A program made the position numbers and the translations under genes. This document shows positions 1-9,730 of a stretch of 14,006 nt of DNA, one piece after another. Source of the stretch: Octopus sinensis (Eukaryota). The notes beneath the pieces are model-generated. The model saw only the letters and a program-made list of their open reading frames with translations, was not told the origin of the DNA and did no database searches. Within the stretch, counting starts at the first letter, position 1; each line of letters opens with the position of its first letter. Location: contig NW_021825957.1 in NCBI RefSeq assembly GCF_006345805.1, positions 1 to 14,006 on the forward strand, read 5' to 3'.

Positions 1-89
1 ACAATTTATTCAAGAATTTATTCAAATGGAGAACACTTCATTTGGATTAATTTTGAAGAATCTTGCCTCTCACGATATAGAAACATTTC

Positions 90-263
90 TCATGGCTCCA
101 CCAGACGAAATGGAAAAGGCATTGCCCAGGAGAATGGCAAGGGAGAAGTGCTGGAACAGCCACTCTGACTCGTAACACTCGCACTTGCAGACTGCAATCT
201 CTGCGTCGACAGCGGTGAGCAGAGATACGTTCGACCATAAACCTGTCGAAGAGCGACCGATAC
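90..263 (-). CDS. Candidate terminal coding exon of an unidentified gene (VSVALRQVYGRTYLCSPLSTQRLQSASASVTSQSGCSSTSPLPFSWAMPFPFRLVEP*)
   Basis: GC-rich island in AT-rich DNA. The frame is open from AG acceptors at 264-265 or 243-244 (21 nt apart, same frame) to a TGA at 92-90, where GC content drops. No homology recognised; other frames are also partly open. Confidence 0.35.
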   Translation of the reverse strand, partial: VSVALRQVYGRTYLCSPLSTQRLQSASASVTSQSGCSSTSPLPFSWAMPFPFRLVEP

Positions 264-340
264 CTTGATAGTTTAAAAAGTATATCATTAATCAATGACT
301 GATAATATTTCAAATATTTCTACATTTACAAGGAGACGAA

Positions 341-431
341 CTCGGCGAAATTTGAACACCGAATATAAAGACACGAAATGCCTTTAAGTATCCTGTCCAG
401 GGTGATATCAATTCCACTCGCTCGTCGTCTT
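341..431 (-). mobile_element. Degenerate 5' fragment of SINE family B
   Basis: ctcggcgaaatttgaacacc...gaaatgcctttaagtatcctgtccagggtg...ctcgctcgtcgtctt aligns by eye to the intact copy at 13130-13226. Confidence 0.65.
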
Positions 432-445
432 AATGGTTTCATATT

Positions 446-648
446 CTTTTACTTGTTTCAGTCATTTGACTGCGGCCATGCTGGAGCACCGCCTTTAGTC
501 GAGCAAATCGACCCCAGAACTTATTTTTTGTAAGCCTAGTACTTATTCTATCAGTCTCTTTTGCCGAACCGCTAAGTTACGGGGACGTAAACACACCAGC
601 ATCGGTTGTCAAGCGAGGTTGGGGGGACAAACACACACAGACACACAC
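446..648 (-). mobile_element. 3' half of SINE family A
   Basis: Nearly identical to 3906-4110 (cttttacttgtttcagtcatttgactgcggccatgctggagcaccgcctttagtcgag...). Confidence 0.9.
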
Positions 649-662
649 ATACATACATAAAC

Positions 663-760
<98 letters not shown>

Positions 761-764
761 ATAT
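649..764. repeat. (CATA)/(TA)n microsatellite
   Basis: Directly visible. Confidence 0.95.
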
Positions 765-990
765 TTCGGAATGGTCATATTGCCAGTTAGCCAATAAAAA
801 CACACGCACTATATATTTGGTGTTATTTTGCTTCAGTGATATTATTATTTACATTAATCTTAATCTATTTCGGCCAAAGTTCTTTCGTCACACTCCTGTG
901 ACCGCATCAGTGGTCCTTTGTTTTCTTCTCACTTACTTGTGTCTCTCCTTACTAACCGTCAGCCATTTTGCACAACAAATATTTAAACGT
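765..990 (-). mobile_element. Possible Penelope-like remnant carrying a hammerhead-like motif
   Basis: Abuts a (TA)n tract. The minus strand reads GGACCA-CTGATG-CG-GTCAC-aggagt-GTGAC-GAAAG-AACTT-TGGCC. Boundaries are uncertain. Confidence 0.3.
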
Positions 991-1169
991 ATATATATTA
1001 TATTATAATTATATTATATTATAATATATTATATTATAAAAATAGGGTTCAGTAAAATAATTTACTTTACCACACACCGAACTTTTTAGAAATAGCAGCC
1101 AAAAATTTTAGCTATTTCTTCTACTGTAAGAAAAATCTCCCAGACAATGCATACTCAAAAATAACTCAC

Positions 1170-1204
1170 ACAGGTATAGAGGGAAAAATAACGAAAGATC
1201 ACAC
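1170..1204 (-). CDS. Candidate 35-nt coding exon ((G)VIFRYFSLYTC)
   Basis: Acceptor ttatcttatatAG, donor GTGAGT. Phase-compatible with 1330-1464 upstream and 90-263 downstream. Confidence 0.3.
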
Positions 1205-1329
1205 CTATATAAGATAATCTGAGAACAGGCCCGTTTCTGGATTAGTTGATTATAAAGATCAACATTTCCTTCGTCAGCTCAAGGATTTTCTCAGATTTGG
1301 ATTTGAAAGTACTAAAAAATCAAACATAC

Positions 1330-1464
1330 CCGTCTGGTACGAGTAATCCCAGGCAAACCATATCAGACCGCCAGCACCAACGAATTCAAAAATACAAGTG
1401 AGGCCCCGCATTCGTCCCCTCCTTCCCACGTGGGTTACAGAGTGATACATTTCTACATAGAGAA
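1330..1464 (-). CDS. Candidate coding exon (LYVEMYHSVTHVGRRGRMRGLTCIFEFVGAGGLIWFAWDYSYQT), includes a hydrophobic segment
   Basis: Acceptor ctctctccctgaaattttaactacAG, donor GTATGT. 135 nt open, GC elevated. No family recognised. Confidence 0.4.
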
Positions 1465-1526
1465 CTGTAGTTAAAATTTCAGGGAGAGAGAATTATATAT
1501 ATATATAAAATAATATATACATATAT

Positions 1527-1690
1527 ACGACAGACTTCTTTCAGTTTCCCTCTATCAAATCCACTCACAAGGCTTTGGTCGGCCGGAGGCTATAGTAGAA
1601 GACACGTGCCAAGGTGCCACGCAGTGGGATTGAGTCCGGAACCATGTGGTTGGTAAGCAAGCTACTTACCACACAGCCACTCCTGCGCCT
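1527..1690 (-). mobile_element. 5' half (tRNA-like head plus CORE-like segment) of SINE family A
   Basis: Matches 4136-4300. The minus strand begins aggcgcaggagtggctgtgtggtaag and contains gcgtggcaccttggcacgtgtctt, which resembles the CORE domain. Confidence 0.88.
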
Positions 1691-2340
1691 ATATTAATGG
1701 TCATATAATGACCATACACATATTTTGCCAGGTATAGCGTAGCTAGGACACCATTTCCAAATGTGGCACATTCAAATGCAAAAGAATTAACATCAGGATC
1801 TGATTTGAGGGAGATATAGTTGTTATTTCTATTATATTTAGTGTTGAGGTTTCTTTGTTAGATCTAACAAAAGTAAGAAGTTAGAAGGAGAGGATGGAGA
1901 AGAAGAGTAAAAACGAGAGAAAAACAACAAAAACTGGTACAACAACAATAATAAAGTTTTCAAAAACTAGAAGATTGTTTGTCCATTGATAAATAAATTG
2001 CCGTCCATTAAAGTTTGCTAGGAACGAGCTGAATAAAATGAAATTTACGAATTCTTTATATTATTAATATATATATCACATTAATTATTATTAAATTTCA
2101 ATGAGATTTTGAAAAACAAAATTGTCGTTGAAGAATGGGACAGATGGAAATGTAAAGAGAAGTTTGAATTTTTACAATAGTATGAATAAAATGGCAGTAT
2201 TGTGAAAATATACATGGAAGACAGTAAGGAAAATAAAAAAGAAAGCACTAATGTCCATTGAACATATTCAACACTTATAATGAAGTTCATTACTTATTTC
2301 AAATGCTTACTGTACATTAATACAGATACACCCACCACAC

Positions 2341-2723
2341 AAATACATATGTATGTATATATGTATGTATATCAGTATATATATATTAATTCTATTATTT
2401 ATGTAAACGGTGTTTATATATATGTGTGTGTGTGTTTAGCTGTATATTTGTAGATATATAAGTCGATATAAAAACAAACGAAACGAAGACATACACACAC
2501 ACATACATATGTATGTATGTGTGTGTGTAGGTATATACATATATTTGTATATGCTTACGTATACACGAATGTATATAAATATATACATAAATACATACAT
2601 GTATATAACACACATGCACACAAACACACATATATATATAATTATAATTTTATATGCATGTGTATATACAGTTTTATAAATATATGTATGTATAATTAAT
2701 ACATATATACATAAATATATGTA

Positions 2724-2770
<47 letters not shown>

Positions 2771-2775
2771 ATATC

Positions 2776-2808
<33 letters not shown>

Positions 2809-3040
2809 TATTATATATATATATCGATAGATAGATAGACGTAAATATATAGATTTAAAGTGAGTATGTTTGTATGTATGTATATATTTTTGCATATAAA
2901 TTGATAGATACCGACATATATGTAAAAATATACATGCAAACACGCATACATATATATATATACGTATTAGTAATAAGTGTATGTGTGTGTATATGTATGT
3001 ATATATGTTTATATATATATATAATACACTAAGCGTAAAT
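2341..3040. repeat. Compound microsatellite block (TA, TG, CA, TATG; pure (ATCT)n at ~2724-2770)
   Basis: Directly visible. Confidence 0.92.
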
Positions 3041-3065
3041 ATTCAGAGAATATATTGTTCCATAC

Positions 3066-3165
3066 ATTTTATATATCATCGGACAATAAACTTTGATGAC
3101 CAATATTCTAAAGGAACCCGAAGCATTGTCTGTTATAAACAATGGTAAAACTGGAGCCACTGAAT
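3066..3165 (-). CDS. Candidate coding exon (SVAPVLPLFITDNASGSFRILVIKVYCPMIYK)
   Basis: Acceptor aaacttttaattttcAG, donor GTATGG. 100 nt open; phase-compatible with 5364-5526. Confidence 0.3.
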
Positions 3166-3279
3166 CTGAAAATTAAAAGTTTGCAATATTAAATTCACAA
3201 GAAATCTTTGAAAAAATTCTCTTTGTCTATGACAAATAAAAATTTAAACACACACCTGATCAGACAACATCCACATAAA

Positions 3280-3331
3280 TACGTACATACACCTATGTAT
3301 ACATACATACACACAATATATATATATATAT

Positions 3332-3372
<41 letters not shown>

Positions 3373-3530
3373 TTGTATATGTTATGTATGTATGTATATA
3401 TGTATAGATAATAGACAGATAGATAAATAGAGAGAGACATACATACATACATGCATGCATACATATATATGTGTGTGTATATATAAATATATGTTTGTAT
3501 GTATATGTATATATATAAACTATATAAACA
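3280..3530. repeat. Compound (TA)/(CATA)/(GATA) microsatellite
   Basis: Directly visible. Confidence 0.92.
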
Positions 3531-3891
3531 TGCGTGCACCTCTAGATATTCTAGTAAATACGTACTCATTAGATACATCTATTATTAAATTTATTTATTC
3601 ATCCATACTATTGTAAATTAACATTTATATACACACAGTAATATATATCTTAAATACGTACACATAGATACATGCTAACACACCACACACATACACACAC
3701 AAACAGATATAACTGTATTTGTACAAATGCTCTTACATGTTTGTATGTGATTTGTATTACATGTGTGCCCTCGTGTTTGTGTGTGCATATTGTTGTTGAT
3801 GTTTGCTTTTACAAGCAGGGTTACAGTGTTCAATACATAATATAGAACGTATAAAATCTTTAAAAATGGAACCTTCGCAATTTGTAACTGA

Positions 3892-4300
3892 TTTTACTCT
3901 TTTTACTCTTTTACTTGTTTCAGTCATTTGACTGCGGCCATGCTGGAGCACCGCCTTTAGTCGAGAAAATTGACCCCGGGACTTATTATTTTGTAAGCCC
4001 AGTACTTATTCTATCGGTCTCTTTTTGCCGAACCGTTGAGTAACGGGGACATAAACACACCAGCATCGGTTCTCAAGCAATGCCAGGGGGACAAACACAG
4101 ACACACAAACACACACGCATATATATATACATATATACGACGGGCTTCTTTCAGTTTTCGTCTACCAAATCCACTCACAAAGCTTTGGTCGGCCCGAGGC
4201 TATAGTAGAAGACACTTGCCCAAGGTTCCACGCAGTTGGACTGAGCCCGAAACCATGTGGCTGGTAAACAAGCTACTTACCACACAGCTACTCCTGTGCC
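3892..4300 (-). mobile_element. Full-length SINE family A copy (tRNA-like head, CORE-like segment, internal microsatellite, 3' tail ending in AGTAAAAG-type repeats)
   Basis: Contains both halves seen separately elsewhere in the window; short tandem tail at 3892-3914. It resembles octopus CORE-SINEs (OR-type); the exact family name is not verified. Confidence 0.92.
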
Positions 4301-4688
4301 GTTTCTCATCTGCAATTGTTTAAACGACTGAAGAAAGGAGATTAGCATTACAATATTTAAGTAAAATTATTTTTAAGCACATCCAAGTATGATTTAGCAA
4401 CAGAAAATTGGCATTTTATTTATTGCTGAATAAAATCGTTAGAATATATGTCGGATAATTTATTCATTAATCAACACGTATAGAATATCGATGCAATCTG
4501 TTAACGTATTACTGCTATATGTTGAAGTGTGAAAACTGTTGTCTTATTATGTCTTCAATAGTATATATGAAAAATCTGGTGAGCATTGGTGGTGACACGA
4601 ATTTTCAGTTTACTATTTTAAAAAACTGTGTTGCTGGTATGGAACATTGATTTCGTTTACAATATTATTAATCAATTGTTAGTTTGAA

Positions 4689-5271
4689 ATTTCTCAACAA
4701 CATTTTCTGGCGGTGTCATATGAAAATATCCCTGTTACTTATGACATATTTCATATCAGTTACGTTCGTATGAATAAAAGATTATCGTTATTAAACTTTT
4801 ATTAATAAACACATATTCTAAGTTCACAACATATGCAGTTTTAATTTTCCTCTCAACTCTAACCCTAACCCTAAAACAGATTGAAATGCAATAGATCGAT
4901 ACGAGGGTCATAATTATGGGTGGACACTAAAGAGGGAACGGTTTTGTTATCCAGCTCTGTTTACGAGTGACCCCTTATTTTATGGCCACGGTATCTTTTT
5001 TTCTCATAAATAACTGAGACATTTTCATATGACACCGCCAGAAAATGTTTACGGTAGAAATTGTTTTCAACTCAATAGACGTCATTGATTGGTTGAAATT
5101 GCCGAAATGCAAGAAAATAAACAACAAATATCTTACAAACTACAGAATTTTCTCAAGAAAGCCAAGAGAAAAAGATGTTTTATAAACACATTCTGCCAGT
5201 ATACGAAGTTTAAAATTTCTAAGTTACAAAGAAATTATTTTAAAAATCTGCCGGTCAAAGCGAAAAGATCC
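4689..5271. mobile_element. Non-autonomous DNA element (MITE- or Helentron-like) with an internal inverted repeat and (TAACCC)n
   Basis: Perfect 29-bp inverted repeat at 4699-4727 / 5021-5049, extending imperfectly to ~55 bp. ctaaccctaaccctaa at 4859-4874. Probable end ...gaaaagatcc at 5271. Superfamily and left boundary are uncertain. Confidence 0.6.
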
Positions 5272-5363
5272 TGTCTCCGCTTCTCGTGACATACGGAGAG
5301 GTTTTCTTCAAATCCGTGGAGTAAAATCGTTTCCGCGTTTAAAGGGTCAACGAAGTGTTTTAC

Positions 5364-5526
5364 TTTTGCATTTTGTTTGCAAGATTCTTGATATGAACTC
5401 CGGTCTTAAAACAGATTTGCTGTATCTCAGAAGGGACTTTATGCCAGTAATCCAATCATAAATACAGGCACTGTCCGTGTGTTTCTTACTGGCATAATCA
5501 CCCTCCAGAGATGCAAAAAAGACAAA
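5364..5526 (-). CDS. Candidate coding exon (FVFFASLEGDYASKKHTDSACIYDWITGIKSLLRYSKSVLRPEFISRILQTKCK)
   Basis: Acceptor ttctctcttatataacAG with an in-frame stop just upstream; donor GTAAAA. 163 nt; the only open frame of the three. Confidence 0.35.
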
Positions 5527-5861
5527 CTGTTATATAAGAGAGAAGCTTTTATAAATTATCGGAAGCTGAAAGTTTACAAACTCTACATTTCATCTATCAA
5601 CATTTTATAATCATTCGAATTACTTTCCCACGTGGGCGTCATAGTTTTTCTTTAAAATCTAAACCATTCCCGAATTAATCTTGGGCAGGGTATAAATATC
5701 TTTACGTCTTTTTTTTTCATATGGTAATGGCTACGATTTGACTCACTCTAAAATTATTGTTATAATATCTAAATATATCTTCTTGTCAGTATTTTTTTTT
5801 TCTTCATTCCTCTATTTATTTAAATAACAACTATAAAGTTTAGTCTCTCTCCTCGTCTTAC

Positions 5862-5961
5862 ATCAACACCTGTATCATCTGATCTGACAAACAGGAAGGT
5901 GCAGGTGTGAATTTGACCTAAAATTTCTTCACAGACGTAAACATGTTTCGGTTTAAATATT
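5862..5961 (-). CDS. Candidate coding exon (IFKPKHVYVCEEILGQIHTCTFLFVRSDDTGVD)
   Basis: Acceptor attatattacAG, donor GTAAGA. Ends in phase 0, compatible with 5364-5526. Confidence 0.3.
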
Positions 5962-6410
5962 CTGTAATATAATTCATTGTTAATGTTTAGTCAAAAGATA
6001 TCAAATTTGCATTCTTACTAGCTCACCTCTCTTTTCAGGTCAATTGTATTGATGTTATTTCACTGAATAACTCCCCTATAAGGGGGTCGACCGCCCTCCT
6101 ATTTCCTGGCCATTATACTTTTACCGATTAACTCTAATCTTGCTTGTCTGTTCGTTTGAAGATAACTTTTAAAATGTACCGGTTTATTCCATCTTTTTTC
6201 CTTTAAAGATTGGAATTCAAATAGAAAAATTCTGTTGCAGCCTTTTAACTTAACATCTTCGTATGTCAGGGATCCTCAAACAACCTGCCACAGACACGTG
6301 GCTTTTTTTTTATATCAGGCCGCACAAGAAGAATAAATTTTAAAATTATATTTCTATTTTTAAACTGTTTTTAGCGTGTTTCTTTTGTTTTTGCATTACA
6401 TAGGTAAACC

Positions 6411-6434
6411 ACACACACACACACACACACACAT

Positions 6435-6476
<42 letters not shown>
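6411..6476. repeat. (CA)n(TA)n microsatellite
   Basis: Directly visible. Confidence 0.95.
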
Positions 6477-6688
6477 TTGTCCTGTACTCCATTTTTTGTT
6501 GTTTTTAAAAAAATATCCAGTTCCTTTGGTTTGTGTCTATGTTTTCGTTTCTCTTTGTGTTCGACGTCCCTTTGGTGTCCTGTACTCATATATGCGTGAA
6601 TATGTACATGTAGAGGTAGGTACGTACATATATGTTTATATATATGCATATGTTTTATTTCATTTATTAATATATATATATATATATA

Positions 6689-6870
6689 GTTCAAATTTAT
6701 AGAATAACAAAGACGAAGGCAGATGTATGTACAACTAGCAAGTGTATTAGTTTGACACGCAGGAAAAATAGAAAAATGTTTTATGTTTCGAGCCTACGCT
6801 CTTCGACAGAAGGGAATAAGAGGAAATATACTGAGAGAGAATGAAAAAGGCGTGTTCAGTGGTCCAACAT
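6689..6870 (-). mobile_element. Probable Penelope-like pLTR remnant with a minimal hammerhead-like motif
   Basis: Minus strand CTGTCGA-A-GAGC-gtag-GCTC-GAAAC-AT-A at 6809-6782; the element runs into a (TA)n tract at 6670-6688. Confidence 0.5.
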
Positions 6871-7371
6871 CGCGAATGATTTGAAAAAACAAAAGAGGTT
6901 CAATGAAAGGGAGATAATTCATGGTGATCACAATAAGAGGATGGGCGCTAGCGTATGTGCATATGCGAGGATGGTGTGCGCGAGTGTGTGAATGTGTATG
7001 TGTGAATGGGGACGAATGCGTTTGACGTGTGTGCGTGTTGTGTGTAGCAGTTCATGTATGCTTTACACGTGGTGTGATTACATGTGTATGTATGTGTGAG
7101 TGTGCATGTGTATAGTGTATACATTTGTGTGTGTCTGTGTGTGAGAGTATGTAATGGGTGTGTACTCGCTAATATCGAACAGTAAGAAGTGCTCAGCACC
7201 GCCGCATTGATACACATATTTTTATTTGTGGGTTTAGATGGCTACCAATGGTTTTATATTAAATGAGGAATCTTCACAATTATCGATCCCACCACATGGG
7301 AACGTTGTGTGCGCGTCTGTGTGCGTGTGCGTCTGTGTGTCTGTGTGTGCATGTGTGTGTGTGTTTAATCC

Positions 7372-7556
7372 ATTCTATTATTGGCAAAAGGCCTGAAATT
7401 TGGAGGGATTAGTCTATTATATCACTGGTACTTGTTTCATCGACCCCTAAAGGATGGGAGGCAAAGCTGACCACGGTGGAATCTGAACTTAAAATATGAA
7501 GACGAACGAAATGCTGATAAGCATTTTGTCCGGCGTGCTAACAACTCTGCCAGCCA
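7372..7556 (-). mobile_element. Diverged SINE family B copy
   Basis: Aligns to 13080-13226 (ctggtactt...tcgacccc.aaaggatg..aggcaaag...cggcgtgctaac...ctgccagc). Confidence 0.85.
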
Positions 7557-7604
7557 CTCCAACATTATATTTATTATATATGTAATAATTAAATCATATA
7601 TTAG

Positions 7605-7775
7605 GTACCTTATCGAGTTTTATCATGCACGTGATCCCCGATGCGTGACAGAATTGTCTTACATGAAATTGATCCGTTATGAAAGTCAGGGATTGTTGCT
7701 ATATGAGATTGGAAGCCATTTGCGTCAACATGAAGTTGCTATTGATGTCGTCATCATCGTCATTGATATTAGAAG
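7605..7775 (+). CDS. Candidate plus-strand exon (YLIEFYHARDPRCVTELSYMKLIRYESQGLLLYEIGSHLRQHEVAIDVVIIVIDIR)
   Basis: AG at 7603-7604, donor GTCAGT at 7776, 171 nt open. The 3' part overlaps a degenerate (CAT/CGT)n run, so this may be chance. Confidence 0.2.
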
Positions 7776-7874
7776 GTCAGTAACATATCGTTACGGTCGA
7801 GCTGGTTAAACCTGTTATGAAGGGCAGTCCGGCCATGACCATCCTCCTTAAATCTGACCTCAGCAACTTTTATT

Positions 7875-8490
7875 TTTTATATTTTGTTTCAGTTATTGGA
7901 ATGCCGCCATGTCGGATCACTGCCTTCAAGTGTTTTACTCCAAGAAATTGTCCTCTGTACCTATCTTTAAGTCTAGTGCTTATTCTTTTCTACTCTAGGC
8001 ACACGGCCGGAAATTTTGGAGGAGGGGGCCAGTAAATTAGATCACCCCTATACGCAACTGGTACTTAATTTATCGACCCCGAAAGGATGAAAGGCAAAGT
8101 CGACCTCGGCGGAATTTGAACACACAACGTAACGGCAGACGAAATACCTATTTCTTTACTACCCACAAGGGGCTAAACACAGAGGGGACAAACAGGGACA
8201 GACAAACGTTTTAAGTCGATTATTTCTACCCCAGTGCGTAACTGGTACTTAATTTATCGATCCCGAAAGGATGAAAGGAAAAGTCGACATCAGCGGAATT
8301 TGAACTCAGAACATAAAGACAGACGAAATAACGCTAAGCATTTCGCCCGGCGTGCTAACATTTCTGCCATCTCGCCACCTTAGTCTTATTCTATCAGATC
8401 CCTTTTTATCGAACCGTAAAGTTATGGGGACATAACCAAAGCAATACCGGCTGTCAAACGGGGTATATTGGAAGACAGAGACACAAATAC
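7875..8490 (-). mobile_element. Old SINE family A 3' half, interrupted by family B at 7987-8380
   Basis: Segments 7875-7986 and 8381-8490 align to 3910-4100; imperfect duplication tagt(g)cttattct at 7974-7986 and 8381-8392. Confidence 0.75.
7987..8380 (-). mobile_element. Two SINE family B units in tandem (headless unit 7987-8147; complete unit 8148-8380)
   Basis: The body ctggtacttaatttatcga...ggatgaaagg...cggaatttgaac...gacgaaata occurs twice, with two different 3' tails. Confidence 0.9.
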
Positions 8491-8558
8491 TATTATCTAT
8501 ACATACACGCGCGCGCAGGCCAACACAAAACCTGACATATAAACGTTCACTTACATGG

Positions 8559-8685
8559 AGATGATGGTGACGGTGGTGGTGATGGTGGTGGTAGTGGCGA
8601 TGGTGGTGATGATCGTCGACAGATAATAATGGAGGTGGCGTTAGGGGTTGTGGTGGTAGTAGTGGTGGTGATGGTGATGGTGATT
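8559..8685. repeat. Degenerate (GGT/GAT)n trinucleotide repeat
   Basis: Directly visible. Confidence 0.9.
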
Positions 8686-9082
8686 AAGGAAGGAACGGTT
8701 ACGGTGTTGAGTCACACGACAGGAAGCCAGAAAAGAAAAATAAAAAAAATAAAATCCTTGCTATACGTATTATGTTGCGGGAAGGTGGGAAGAAACTATG
8801 TCAGAGCTATCTCTATTTCTCTCTCTCTCTCTCTCTCTTCTTTTCGTCTACGGTAGATAAAAGTATAATTGGTTAATTGTTTACAACACGCACGCGCACA
8901 CACATACACGTATATCATAGATCAAGTTTTACTTATACAAAAAAAATCAAGATTGTCACAGAGACGGGGGTTACCTACATCCTTTCGTTTAGACTTTTTT
9001 TTTATGATACACTCATACACACCTATTGACTTACACGCACGCGCCCGTTCAAATTTTTGTTTTTATGCTCAGTTATAATACT

Positions 9083-9282
9083 CTCAAATTTAGTCACAAG
9101 GCCAGTAATTTTCGGGGAGAAGGTGTGAAGTCGGTTACATTGTGTCTTGTGCTCATCTTGTATATAGTTTATCAACTCCGAAAGAATAAAAGGCAAAGCC
9201 GACCTCGGTGGAATTTGAACTCAGAATGTAAAGTCGAATCATTTTGCCCAGCGTGCTAGCGACTCTGCCAGCTCATTATCTT
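9083..9282 (-). mobile_element. Diverged SINE family B copy
   Basis: aaaggcaaagccgacctcggtggaatttgaactcagaa...gcgtgctagcgactctgccagctc matches the other B copies. Confidence 0.85.
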
Positions 9283-9429
9283 ACGTTCAGTTACAAGAAA
9301 GACAATTTTACATAAATCTGATGGGTTACTCTATACTTTTGTACAGTACAAATTTATTATTCTTAAACAAGAATATCATTGACCGGAACTTCGAAGTCAC
9401 AGTAAATTATATTCTTCTTTAAGTTTAAT

Positions 9430-9670
9430 ATATGCTATAATATATGTAATATATATATACATATTGTGTATGTATATATATATGTGTGAGTGTGTGTATG
9501 TGTATTTACACACATATATATATATATATATATTTCACGTGATTACGTGACCGACCAGGCTATCAGATGTTGCTACACATCGCTGGTCACAATGCGCTAC
9601 GCATTGTTTTAGCCTTCAAACGACGCCACCCCGCTGGCTAAGCGAGCAGGCCAATTATATATATGTATAT

Positions 9671-9730
<60 letters not shown>

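Noticed and set aside
2-175. Plus-strand frame QFIQEFIQMENTSFGL...SHSDS*
   Set aside because: Protein-like, but the stop falls in the middle of the GC-rich island. The minus-strand frame ending at 90 fits the composition change better. Not fully excluded.
1095-1445. Long plus-strand frame with TAA interruptions, considered as possible A-to-I stop read-through
   Set aside because: No homology and no splice support; TAA would need double editing. Too speculative.
1840-2030. Minus-strand frame SFLANFNGRQFIYQW... after a CAG acceptor
   Set aside because: No credible donor, and the downstream part is a polypyrimidine tract.
2341-3530. Z-DNA or cruciform potential of alternating TA/TG/CA tracts
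   Set aside because: A generic property of microsatellites that are ubiquitous in this kind of genome; nothing locus-specific.
4859-4874. Interstitial telomere or chromosome fusion site
   Set aside because: Under three units, embedded in a repeat element.
1423-5636. Shared 12-mer ttcccacgtggg (E-box palindrome) at 1423-1434 and 5625-5636
   Set aside because: No flanking similarity; a single 12-bp match is compatible with chance.
6022-6110. Strong minus-strand donor AG|GTGAGC and the cccctataagggg palindrome
   Set aside because: All upstream frames are closed. It could only be a non-coding exon, and nothing else supports that.
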